From the NCBI GenBank assembly GCA_038125285.1, contig JAYPDO010000008.1:1-51595 (forward strand): a stretch of DNA of 51,595 nucleotides, in the 5' to 3' direction. The notes below the pieces were generated by a model. It saw only the letters and a program-made list of their open reading frames with translations. It searched no databases and was not told the origin of the DNA. This stretch comes from Opitutia bacterium (GTDB lineage: Bacteria > Verrucomicrobiota > Verrucomicrobiia > Opitutales > JABJCN01). The position numbers and the translations under genes are program-made. Positions 24,680 through 33,500 of this stretch are shown here, piece by piece. The stretch's first letter is position 1, and the number at the start of each line of letters is the position of its first letter.

Positions 24680-27496
24680 TTACTTCCTAGACCACTTCGT
24701 CCGGGCGCGGAGCCCGTCTTGCTCGAAAGTGAGGCCGAAGGAGGCGTGTTGGAGGCCGTTAAAAAAGGAAGGCGCCTCGCAGGGCATCTTGGGTTTGGAA
24801 GGATGCCCGAACACGGTCGAGACATAGGAGCCTGCTGCTTCGTCCCAGACATATTCCCCGCCCCCAGGGCATTCCAGTCTGGTATGCCAGTTGGCCAGAT
24901 GGTATTCCCCTGCGTCTTCGATACCCAGGTTCCTCCTCCATTCGTTGAGGATTTGCAGGTTGTTCCAAGAGCGGGATTGAAGCGAGTTGAGCATTTGCTC
25001 TCCGGCCAAGTTCTGGATTTGGGGGATGGCTTGGCCATTGATTTGCACACCCATGCTTTCCCCTGCCCAATGATGGCTTTCCGGCACTTCGCCTGGTGCC
25101 TCCATGGATTTCTGGATGACGTCTTCCCGTAGGGATAGGGTCAGCAGGGTCGGTTCGACACGGTAGTACAGCGCGATTTCCTTCCAACCGGAATCCCCCT
25201 CCATCTTTTTCTTCGTTGTCTCGGTCAGGCCGACCCTGACATAAGTCTGGTCATTGTGGGTGCGGTTGTCCCATGCCAACATGCCGGGGGAGGTCTGGTC
25301 GAGGAATGCCCGGAAGGTTCCCAGGAAGGCCGTCATGACAAACGGGTTTTTGACATCCAACTTGGCCAGAACCGGGAGCCGGTGGATGTTTTGTTCGACG
25401 AAGTTTTCCGGGTCTCTCCCCCCGGCCACCTCAACGGCTAGGTCCTTCCAAAAAGGGGCGTCCATTAACTGGATGGAGGCATGCTTCCCAAGCCAACTCA
25501 AGGCATTGACCCCCAGGGTCGGGCTCGTTCGGGATGCAAACGTGCCTACCCGGCGCATGTCCGGACCTTGCGTGTCCAGGGCGATGATGGCGTGGAGGAG
25601 GGAGTCGGGGGACGGATTGGCCGCGTCGCTAGCGAAACGTACATTACCCGCGACGTCCCTGATCTCGTTGTACTCGCTTCCCTCGATTAGGGGGAGCACG
25701 GTGATGTCCACTTCGGAATCTCTCTCCCCGATGGAGATTGTCCCCCCGATGGGGTCGAAAAAGTTGCGCCAGCGGGATTGGTAGCGGTTGCGGAAGTTGT
25801 TGTAGGCTCGGTGTTCCCTCGGGGTGACCAGGTCGATTTCCAGTTCCGAGATAGGGGTCAGGAATGCCAAATTCCCATAGGTCGAAGATTGGGGGCCGGC
25901 TTCCAGCATCGTCACTTCGCCGAGCCAATCAGGTATCTCGCTTTTGCAAATTTTGAAATCCTCCGGTCCAGCAATTTTGCGGGCTTGGAGTTCTGCCAAG
26001 ATGGCCGCAGCCTGGGTTCGCCTGGAATTGCCAATCCTCCATTGAGGACTACACCAACGGCGGATGGCAGCATCGGTGACCAGGAAAAAGGGCTTTAGGT
26101 TGCCTTCGTAGCGTTGCCGGAACCAAGTGTACTCGGGGAGGGAACTGATCGCCTTCGATCCCTCCAGGCCAAGGATTACGCCCAGGATTTTCTTCAATTG
26201 GCCTTTGGAGTTAGATACCACGACAGTTTTCCCGTGCATCGCCAGGAAGGAGCGGGTCGAGCCATCTTCGGTTTCAATTCCTTGGAAGGATAATCCATGG
26301 AGTTCCCCTTTCGTCGCTTTGGCAGGGGTCGTAAAGCCTGCCGCCTTCATGCGCAGCGCGAGGAGGGTGTGGAGTGCCTTCGGGTCTTTGGCTTGGAGGA
26401 GGATGGTTACGTCCGTCCCTGTACGGAAATTGGGGTCCGAGCCTGTGACCGCCACTGCTTCCACCAACTTCGGGCCAAACTTCCGTACCGCCTCGTCCAG
26501 AGGCAGCAGGAGTTGGTCTTCGTAACGTTCAAAAGTCTGGGCATTTTCCGAACGGTTTTCAACGAGCCTTTGCAGGGGCGTCCCTTGGGCGAGGGAATTG
26601 TCTACCAGCCCCACCAGTTGGGCAAAACTTTGGAAATGGATGAAGTATTGGTCGTGCGGGACTGCATTGGCCAAGGGGAGGGGAGCCACCCCCAGGTTTG
26701 CATCAATTCGGTTTTCCCAGTCCATTTCGGCAATGGTGATCCCCGGTATGGTCTTTGCTTCCACGCTCCTCACATCGTCCCCATCATCCTTCTTGCCTCC
26801 TTCTCGGATCCGCAGGTCTCGGTCGAGTTGCAAGTTTTCGCTGACTGCCCGGCCGCCGGAAACGAGGTTGTAGGTGTTGTCCAGGTTCCCCCGGTTCCAG
26901 TTCCGTGAGGCATTGGCATTGAGGGGCAGGTTGTAGTCGTTCCAGTCGAGAACCTTCTCCAGTTCTTCCCTGGTCACCTCGATTTGGTGCCGGTACCAAG
27001 CCGATCCGGGGACACCAAGGTTTTGTAACCTTTGGTAGTGAGCGGCTTTGGTCTGGAAAAAGTGGGCCTTCGCCTCTTTCTGCCTCACCGGGACGGAGGT
27101 GAGTTGGAAGGTGTAGGCATCCATCCCCGTCCAGTCCTGGTTTGGCAAGTAGACCTTTCCGGACGGGGTGGCCGAGGAATCCGCCTCCGCACAGATCCGG
27201 ATGGAGGACAACTGGTTGCCTATGGACCTGCGGGGATCCATGCCCGAGCGTTCCCTGGCCAGGAAGATGGTTTGTCCTTCCGACACAACTACATAAGGGA
27301 ACATCGAGTCGGCCAACCTGTTCCTCGTGCGCCAGTTTGACTTGTTGAACTTTTCCGCGGCCGGCCCGGCCTTGGGGAACTCGCTCCCTTCCGTCAGTTG
27401 CACTTTGTCCAGGGTCGTGGAGTAATAGAGCGTTTTTCCTTCCGCAAGGACCGAGGAGATGGAGAAGGTGAAGAGTATGGGTAACCAGGTTTTCAT
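24680..27496 (-). CDS. large secreted hypothetical protein (938 aa), no recognisable domain
   Basis: Long uninterrupted ORF. The internal ATG 27494-27496 gives the signal peptide MKTWLPILFTFSISSVLAEG. Composition is protein-like throughout, and I recognise no family motif. Confidence 0.8.
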   Translation of the reverse strand: MKTWLPILFTFSISSVLAEGKTLYYSTTLDKVQLTEGSEFPKAGPAAEKFNKSNWRTRNRLADSMFPYVVVSEGQTIFLARERSGMDPRRSIGNQLSSIRICAEADSSATPSGKVYLPNQDWTGMDAYTFQLTSVPVRQKEAKAHFFQTKAAHYQRLQNLGVPGSAWYRHQIEVTREELEKVLDWNDYNLPLNANASRNWNRGNLDNTYNLVSGGRAVSENLQLDRDLRIREGGKKDDGDDVRSVEAKTIPGITIAEMDWENRIDANLGVAPLPLANAVPHDQYFIHFQSFAQLVGLVDNSLAQGTPLQRLVENRSENAQTFERYEDQLLLPLDEAVRKFGPKLVEAVAVTGSDPNFRTGTDVTILLQAKDPKALHTLLALRMKAAGFTTPAKATKGELHGLSFQGIETEDGSTRSFLAMHGKTVVVSNSKGQLKKILGVILGLEGSKAISSLPEYTWFRQRYEGNLKPFFLVTDAAIRRWCSPQWRIGNSRRTQAAAILAELQARKIAGPEDFKICKSEIPDWLGEVTMLEAGPQSSTYGNLAFLTPISELEIDLVTPREHRAYNNFRNRYQSRWRNFFDPIGGTISIGERDSEVDITVLPLIEGSEYNEIRDVAGNVRFASDAANPSPDSLLHAIIALDTQGPDMRRVGTFASRTSPTLGVNALSWLGKHASIQLMDAPFWKDLAVEVAGGRDPENFVEQNIHRLPVLAKLDVKNPFVMTAFLGTFRAFLDQTSPGMLAWDNRTHNDQTYVRVGLTETTKKKMEGDSGWKEIALYYRVEPTLLTLSLREDVIQKSMEAPGEVPESHHWAGESMGVQINGQAIPQIQNLAGEQMLNSLQSRSWNNLQILNEWRRNLGIEDAGEYHLANWHTRLECPGGGEYVWDEAAGSYVSTVFGHPSKPKMPCEAPSFFNGLQHASFGLTFEQDGLRARTKWSRK

Positions 27497-27877
27497 GGGC
27501 TTTCTAGAGATAGCGTGGATTGATTGTGGATTGGAAGTCCGTCCCTTATGCCAATCCCATGCCAATCTTTTGTGTCTGGCAAATCCCTTTCCAGGAGGGG
27601 GGGATCCAGTGTCCCTGTGATTTTCGATTGAGCTAAAAATGTACCTTTTGTGGCCAATAATGTCCACGATGGCCGATTTCCATGGTTTACTTCTTTAGTG
27701 AACCAGGGTAGTTTGTTTCCGTCTCTGACTGGGATCAGTTCCGGCACTTGCGGTGTCGTGCCAATCGGCGCAGGAAACGGCGGTTGGTGTTTCCGAAAAG
27801 GGCGCTGGCTTCAATGGTTTGCTCCGTTCCATTTTCGGTGAGGATTAGTCCTTCATTGCCAATTTTAATCCATGAAC

Positions 27878-28099
27878 CTACGGCGATGGTGTCTCTTCAT
27901 TTGGTTCCAGCCCAGAGGCAAATTCAATCAAGTTTCCATCCCCGTCGCTATATGCATCATTTAGCTTCATAAGTGTTCTCGGAAGTACCGATGGATTTAC
28001 AGCAAATCCAACATCGCCCGAAACATCGAAAGGCCGCCTGAACTCCGTGCCATTTGAGATAGCCCAGTTTACCAATTTTACTCGGCTAAATGGGAGCGG
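27878..28099 (-). pseudogene. possible C-terminal remnant of a VOC/glyoxalase-family gene
   Basis: The open frame has no ATG (only a TTG). It reads ...FRRPFDVSGDVGFAVNPSVLPRTLMKLNDAYSDGDGNLIEFASG. The ending resembles the VOC C-terminal beta-strands (..f.DPDGN.iEl). It is bounded upstream by TAG at 28100-28102. Confidence 0.3.
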
Positions 28100-28206
28100 C
28101 TAATCCTCATTTTTCCATAAAATATTGACGGGAGAAAGTTTGTGGCAGCATTGCTCCACGAGTCGTAAGACCTATCCTTTGTTTGCTAGGTTGAAATGTG
28201 GATGGG

Positions 28207-29079
28207 TCACTTGAGGGTCTTAATGAGTTTACCGTCTTCGTAGCGTTTGAGGGAAACCAGTTCGCCTTCCTGAGACCATTCGTAGCTGTATCCCCAGAGT
28301 TTGCCGTTGCGCCATCCGTTTTCTATCCATTTTTTGCCGGGAGCGTACCATGCGGTGATGCGTTTGGGCTCCGACCCGATGATTTCACCTACTCGGTATG
28401 GGGTGCCGTTTTGGTACCAGCCTTGGATTTTCCCGGAGGCGATACCGTGTTCGTATGAGGACTGGAGGGCTTTTTGGCCGGATTGGAACCATTCAGTGGC
28501 CACCCCGTGGACGACGCCTTCTTTGTAGGGGTATTCGCTCTTTTTACTGCCGTCGGGATACCATCCGGTTGCGGTCCCTGTGGCTTGGTTGCCGTCCATC
28601 GCAACTTTGAAGCTGGGTTGCCCGTTGGGGTGGAATTGGGTGAGGGTGCCTTCGGTGGAACCGTTGACGTAGGTGACTTCGAAGCTACGGGTGCCGTCCG
28701 GGTGGGTGCGGTAGGCCAACCCGGTGAACGGTTCCATGTCCCCGACCAGGTAGACTTTGTCGGTCTTTCGAAGCTTAAATTGGTCGATTTCATCGTAATG
28801 GACTTCGCGTAGTGGCTTGGCTGACCCTGGGGGCGGGGTAACCGGTGCGGGTAGTGGCGGTTGGAGGGCAGGGATGGAATCTTCCGATCTGGAAGAGGTT
28901 GCTGTAATTGCGATCGGGGGAACGATCGCAGGAGTTTGGGGCGAGGGTTGGTCCTGGGGTGGGGCAGGGGGCGAGGGCTTGTGGTAAGCGTGCTTGGTGG
29001 GCGCGGGTTCACAACCCCACATCCCGAGCAGGAGAGGGATGCAGGCCAGGAGGGTTTGTCGTAAGGTCTTTGGGGTCAT
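28207..29079 (-). CDS. YwqK-family (MORN-variant repeat) lipoprotein with Pro-rich linker
   Basis: Lipobox LLLGMWGC, then a Pro-rich segment (PSPPAPPQDQPSPQTPAIVPP...), then repeats FTGLAYRTHPDGTRSFEVTYVNGSTEGTLTQFHPNG...GWYPDGSKKSEYPYKEGVVHGVATEWFQSGQK. It starts 10 nt after the FtsX-like gene stop. Confidence 0.85.
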   Translation of the reverse strand: MTPKTLRQTLLACIPLLLGMWGCEPAPTKHAYHKPSPPAPPQDQPSPQTPAIVPPIAITATSSRSEDSIPALQPPLPAPVTPPPGSAKPLREVHYDEIDQFKLRKTDKVYLVGDMEPFTGLAYRTHPDGTRSFEVTYVNGSTEGTLTQFHPNGQPSFKVAMDGNQATGTATGWYPDGSKKSEYPYKEGVVHGVATEWFQSGQKALQSSYEHGIASGKIQGWYQNGTPYRVGEIIGSEPKRITAWYAPGKKWIENGWRNGKLWGYSYEWSQEGELVSLKRYEDGKLIKTLK

Positions 29080-29089
29080 CGGCGTCGTT

Positions 29090-30277
29090 TTAGGAACGGG
29101 CGAGTTTATAAAGTGTTGAACGTATGGAAATGGCCTGAGCCAAGGTTAATAGCAACACTGGGATGGATGCGTGTAAAAAAACTTGCGTCCAGGCGGGGGC
29201 TAGCAGGTCCAGTCCGAGGTGGCTGATGAGGCTTTCGCTGTATTTCAGGGCTCGGACGGACGCGAGGGTCGAGAGGGTGAGCAAGGTTGTGGAAATGGCG
29301 AGGAGGATCCGAAGGTAGTGCTGGAAGAGGGCGTTGGGAGGGTAGCCGATGGAGAGGAGGGTCTGGAGGTGGCTATTGGAGCGGTGGAGGATCATCTGGA
29401 AGCTCAACCAGTAGGCAAGAAAGGCGACCAAGAGGAGGGCTAGCCCTATGCTGCCGGTCGTGCCGAGGGCGGCTTTCAGGAGTTGATTGGCCTTGGATTC
29501 GGCGAGGAGTTCCCTGTTGGTCTCGTATTGATCGAGTTTTGCTGAAAGCTGCTGGCTTAGTGGGGTTTGCGCCTTGAGCAGCACCCTGTGGACTTCGTCC
29601 TTTGCTTTGGAGGCGGGTTGCAATGCGTTTGCCCAGTCGAGGAAGGATTTGGGGACGAGGATGGTGGTGATGCGGTCGCTGAAGGCCGAGATCCTGGCGT
29701 CGATTGGCAGGGGTTTCCCGTTCGGACCTGGGATGACCAAGGTGAGCGGGACTTTACCGACCGCTCCTTTGGAAACTTGGGGGTAACCGTTGGCGGGGGC
29801 GAACCCGAAGTTGTAGAGTTGGAGGAAGCTGTTGGGAAGGAGGGCTGGCAAACGGGGACTGCCGGGTTGCCAGTCCCAATTCTCCGGCGGGTTTTCCAGG
29901 AACCTGGGGGGGAGGGCTTCGAGGAAGAGTTCCGTCCGGTAGGCTTTGAACGCCCCGACTTTGAAAATGACTTCGGCTTGGAAGTTCGCGGTGGTGAAGG
30001 GCGTGATGTCTTCGACGCCCGGCGTGTCCCGTAATTCTTCGATCTCCTTTGTTTTGAAAAGGGGCTTGAACCCTGGGAGGTTGCTCATCAGGGAGACTTT
30101 GTGCGCCAGGGTGAGGTAGCGGGGCGGGAAGAGTTCGTCCTGTTTTGCGAGGTAAACCTGGAAGGATTTGTGGGTTTCCCATGCCAGCACTAGCAATGTG
30201 ACCCCAAAGAATGCGCCGGTACAAGCCAGTAGGACTTGCCAGAGAGGTTGGTTGCGCCATAGGACTCGGTATAGCAT
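29090..30277 (-). CDS. FtsX-like (MacB/LolCE-type) ABC permease-like membrane protein
   Basis: From ATG 30275-30277 (MLYRVLWRNQPLWQVLLACTGAFFGVTLLVLAW): one N-terminal TM, a ~250-aa extracytoplasmic domain, then three C-terminal TMs. An FtsX-type loop lies between them: LSFQMILHRSNSHLQTLLSIGYPPNALFQHYL (cf. eR.rEigiLkalGa....i). Confidence 0.75.
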   Translation of the reverse strand: MLYRVLWRNQPLWQVLLACTGAFFGVTLLVLAWETHKSFQVYLAKQDELFPPRYLTLAHKVSLMSNLPGFKPLFKTKEIEELRDTPGVEDITPFTTANFQAEVIFKVGAFKAYRTELFLEALPPRFLENPPENWDWQPGSPRLPALLPNSFLQLYNFGFAPANGYPQVSKGAVGKVPLTLVIPGPNGKPLPIDARISAFSDRITTILVPKSFLDWANALQPASKAKDEVHRVLLKAQTPLSQQLSAKLDQYETNRELLAESKANQLLKAALGTTGSIGLALLLVAFLAYWLSFQMILHRSNSHLQTLLSIGYPPNALFQHYLRILLAISTTLLTLSTLASVRALKYSESLISHLGLDLLAPAWTQVFLHASIPVLLLTLAQAISIRSTLYKLARS

Positions 30278-30552
30278 GGGGATCGATTTTGGTGGCAACC
30301 CCGCCCTTGTGCAACGGGAAAGAAGGGGTGCCATTGCGGCGGAGGTTTGGATCGAGTGGGAATATCGTCGCCTGGTTCGGTGACCGGACCAGGCTCTTAG
30401 CTTGAATGCTTGGATTTGGATCCAATTCTGTTGTAGCCCGCTATCTCTGTTTCCTACTGTTCAAGACAAGGTTCCAAGGGATCGCAGGGGATGCAAGTGG
30501 TCAGGTAAGGACGGGCTTGCCAGGTGGGGCCATTTTTGTTGAGCCGTAGCAG

Positions 30553-31254
30553 ATGGATTGGACAACGCAACGGAGGGTGGTCATCTCAGAGATCGCCGAA
30601 AAGATCCTCCGGATTAAGCTACCGCACCCGGTGCGGGTCGGGATTGACGGTGGTAGCGCGTCGGGAAAGACAGTGTTTGCCGACCAACTGGCAGAATTGG
30701 TTCGTGAGAAGGGCAGGGAAGTGATCCGGGCAGGAATCGACGGTTTTCACAACCCACCGGAAATCCGCCACCGCCAGGGTCCGTTGAGCGTGGATGGCTA
30801 TGTGGAGGATTCATTTGATTATCGGGGCGTACGGGAGCATGTCCTCAATCCATTGGGGAGAGGGGGGAGTCGGGAGTACCGGCACACGATCTTCGACCAT
30901 AAGGCCGGGAGGAGCGATTTTGCGGCCACTTTGGTTGCGTCGGATGACGCAGTCCTTATTTTCGAGGGGGTCATGCTTTTTAACCGGGAAATTGTGGAGG
31001 GGTTTGATTTCAAAGTCTCCATCGAGGTGCCGGAAGAGGTTTGCCTCGAACGGGCGAAGGTCCGTGACTTGGGGCATTTCGGCAGCATCGAAACCTTGCT
31101 GGAGAAATACCACTCGCGCTTCTTTCCCGGCCAAGCCTTGCACCGGGAGCGGCACCGCCCGTCCGAGGCCGCGGATGTCGTGGTTTGCAACAAAGACCAC
31201 CGGGCACCCGCGTTGAGGTGGAATTCCCGGCATCACCAAGCTCGACATACCTAA
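30553..31254 (+). CDS. uridine kinase / PRK-family P-loop kinase-like protein
   Basis: P-loop VGIDGGSASGKT near the N-terminus, a later DxxxIFEG-type block (DDAVLIFEGVMLF), and a size of ~230 aa. Confidence 0.7.
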   Translation: MDWTTQRRVVISEIAEKILRIKLPHPVRVGIDGGSASGKTVFADQLAELVREKGREVIRAGIDGFHNPPEIRHRQGPLSVDGYVEDSFDYRGVREHVLNPLGRGGSREYRHTIFDHKAGRSDFAATLVASDDAVLIFEGVMLFNREIVEGFDFKVSIEVPEEVCLERAKVRDLGHFGSIETLLEKYHSRFFPGQALHRERHRPSEAADVVVCNKDHRAPALRWNSRHHQARHT

Positions 31255-31278
31255 CCCGTCCCCTCCAATCTCTGGGAT

Positions 31279-32586
31279 ATGAAACCCTGTCCCTTCCCGT
31301 TCTTCTGCCTCCTCCTTGTCCCTGCGCTCCTTCCTGCCGCACCCAACCTCAAGGACGTTCTTAACGACGATCATGCCCGCGGGGTCAACCACTGGATTTA
31401 CAACGATTTTGCGGAGGCCAAGGAAGCCGCAGCGCGTGAGAACAAGCCCATCTTTGTCACTTTCCGGTGTGTCCCTTGTAAGAATTGCAACGGGTTCGAT
31501 GCGGAAGTTACCAAGGGCAGCGAGGTCATCCGCGATTTGGCGGTCTCGAAATTCGTTCCCCTTCGGCAGGTAGAAATGAAAGGAGTCGACCTCTCCCAAT
31601 TCCAATTCGACTACGACCTGAATTGGGCGGCCATGTTCATCAATGCGGATGGCACGGTTTACGGGCGTTATGGGACGCAATCCTCTGAAGGGCCGGATGC
31701 TTATAATTCCATCGGTTCCCTGGAAAAGGCCATGCAAAGAGTGCTCCAACTCCACAAGGGGTATCCCGCCAACAAGGCTTATTTGAAAGACAAAGTTGGC
31801 AGGCCCAAGCCCTACAAAACTGCCTTAGAAATGCCTGGGCTCTCCGAAAAAGGGAAATATGCCGGGGCGACCGCTCGGAACAACTGCATCCACTGCCACA
31901 ACATCCATGACGCCGAAAGCGAGCATCTCAAGGCGACCGGGAACTTCACCAACGAAAGCCTATGGCGTTATCCCCTCCCCGACAATGTTGGGATCCAAAT
32001 CAACCCTGCGGACGGCCAGTTGGTGAAATCCATACAACCAGGGAGCCCGGCCGACCTCGCCGGGTTGAAGGCCAATGACCGGGTCGTCACTGTCAACGGG
32101 CAGGCCATCATCTCCATCGCTGACATCCAGTGGGTCTTCCACAACTTGCCAAATGATAGGGTGCCGATCCGTTTCGATGTGGTGAGGGACGGCCAAATGC
32201 AATCCCTTACGCTAACCACTGCCCTAGGATGGAAAAAGACGGACATCAGCTGGCGGGGTTCCATCTGGCACCTCTCCCCTAGGCTCCAAGTCTGGATGCC
32301 TGAAGCAATGGAGGACGAAAACCGCCGCATCGGCCTGCCCGAAGGGGAAACGGCGCTGAAGGTGAAATGGATCAACCGTGGGGGTCCCGGAGGCAAGTCT
32401 GCCTTCAATGCAGGATTGAGGGAAGGGGACTACATCATTAAACTTGCAGGCAAGCCTGTACCCCCGGATCCCCGGTTGTTCACTGTGGAGGTGAAACTCA
32501 ATTACAAACCTGGGGACAAAATGCCCGTCACCCTCTGGAGAAACGGCAAGACCTTCGACTTCGATTGGCCTTTGGTGGACGAATGA
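31279..32586 (+). CDS. secreted thioredoxin-fold (Thioredoxin_7-like) protein with two PDZ domains
   Basis: Signal peptide MKPCPFPFFCLLLVPALLPAAP. KPIFVTFRCVPCKNCNGFD is a C-x-x-C-x-x-C motif in a Trx-like context. PDZ-like segments: GIQINPADGQLVKSIQPGSPADLAGLKANDRVVTVNG and GKSAFNAGLREGDYIIKLAGKPV. Confidence 0.85.
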   Translation: MKPCPFPFFCLLLVPALLPAAPNLKDVLNDDHARGVNHWIYNDFAEAKEAAARENKPIFVTFRCVPCKNCNGFDAEVTKGSEVIRDLAVSKFVPLRQVEMKGVDLSQFQFDYDLNWAAMFINADGTVYGRYGTQSSEGPDAYNSIGSLEKAMQRVLQLHKGYPANKAYLKDKVGRPKPYKTALEMPGLSEKGKYAGATARNNCIHCHNIHDAESEHLKATGNFTNESLWRYPLPDNVGIQINPADGQLVKSIQPGSPADLAGLKANDRVVTVNGQAIISIADIQWVFHNLPNDRVPIRFDVVRDGQMQSLTLTTALGWKKTDISWRGSIWHLSPRLQVWMPEAMEDENRRIGLPEGETALKVKWINRGGPGGKSAFNAGLREGDYIIKLAGKPVPPDPRLFTVEVKLNYKPGDKMPVTLWRNGKTFDFDWPLVDE

Positions 32587-32598
32587 CCCTGCCCCCTT

Positions 32599-33192
32599 TT
32601 ATGTCCCGTAAGTCCTCTGTCTGACGACCTCGTAGAGTGCGACCCCGGCCGCCACGCTTACATTCAAGCAGTTGACCTTGCCTGACATCGGGATCTTGGC
32701 CAGTTCGTCGCAAGCCAGGCGGTTCAGCCTGCGGATGCCCTTGTCTTCCGCCCCCATTACCAGGACGAGCGGCCCCGTCATGTCTATGTCGTACAGTTCG
32801 TTTTCTGTATGTTCGGAACAACCGACCACCCGTAGCCCGCATTCCTTGAGGCTGGCCAAGGTGTCGGCGATGTTCCTTACCTCAACCACTGGCACATGCT
32901 CCGCAGCGCCCCTTGCTATGCTGACCGCCGTATCCGTCAAGGGGGCTGCCCTGTCTTTGGCGATAATGATCGCGTCTACCCCGGTTGCGTCGGCGGTACG
33001 GAGGCATGCCCCGAGGTTGTGCGGGTCCTGCACCCTGTCCAATACAAGGAGCAACGGTTCTTCCAATGTGTCCAATAGGTTGAAGAGGAATTCGTCCCTC
33101 TGCACGATGGGTGCTTTGGACGGGAGCTTGCGGTAGGACTTGTCGTTCCGTCCTTGGGAATGCCCGCCTGGATGGTTCCGTTTTCGTGACAT
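32599..33192 (-). CDS. SpoU/TrmH-family RNA 2'-O-methyltransferase (RlmB-like catalytic domain)
   Basis: LLLVLDRVQDPHNLGACLRTADATGVDAIII...LVLVMGAEDKGIRRLNRLACDELAKIPMSGKVNCLNVSVAAGVALYE is near-colinear with the E. coli RlmB C-terminal domain. The start could be 33192 (MSRKRNH...) or 33273. Confidence 0.85.
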   Translation of the reverse strand: MSRKRNHPGGHSQGRNDKSYRKLPSKAPIVQRDEFLFNLLDTLEEPLLLVLDRVQDPHNLGACLRTADATGVDAIIIAKDRAAPLTDTAVSIARGAAEHVPVVEVRNIADTLASLKECGLRVVGCSEHTENELYDIDMTGPLVLVMGAEDKGIRRLNRLACDELAKIPMSGKVNCLNVSVAAGVALYEVVRQRTYGT

Positions 33193-33500
33193 ATGGACAA
33201 TAGGAAATGTCCTGGCGGACTCCCATAGCAAGTCCAATGTAGGGTTGGGGCGTTTCTTGAAAGTAGTGTCCAAATCTTCGGATCCAGAATTTAGGCACGG
33301 CCAAGGAAGCCCATGCCACGATTAGCCCCGAACCGGAAATTACCCTTTAAGGATGATATATGTTGTGCGTTTTCCTGACCCGAGTCGGATCAAACGTAGT
33401 GCCGCCATGGTTTCAATTTTTCCTACAAGCCTGTCTTGTAATTCATCGTGCCAAGGTGCGCCTTGTCCTCCCTCATCCTGTGATTTCTCTTGGATTTGTC

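Noticed and set aside
30811-31755. A 314-aa minus-strand ORF spans the end of the kinase-like gene, the intergenic gap and the start of the Trx/PDZ gene.
   Set aside because: It overlaps two plus-strand genes that have clear P-loop and Trx/PDZ motifs. It has no recognisable features of its own.
31279-32586. I looked for in-frame TGA (selenocysteine) recoding in the Trx/PDZ gene and for TGA-split ORF pairs elsewhere.
   Set aside because: The redox motif is encoded with Cys codons and the ORF is uninterrupted. No pair of adjacent same-frame ORFs separated by a single TGA was seen in the window.
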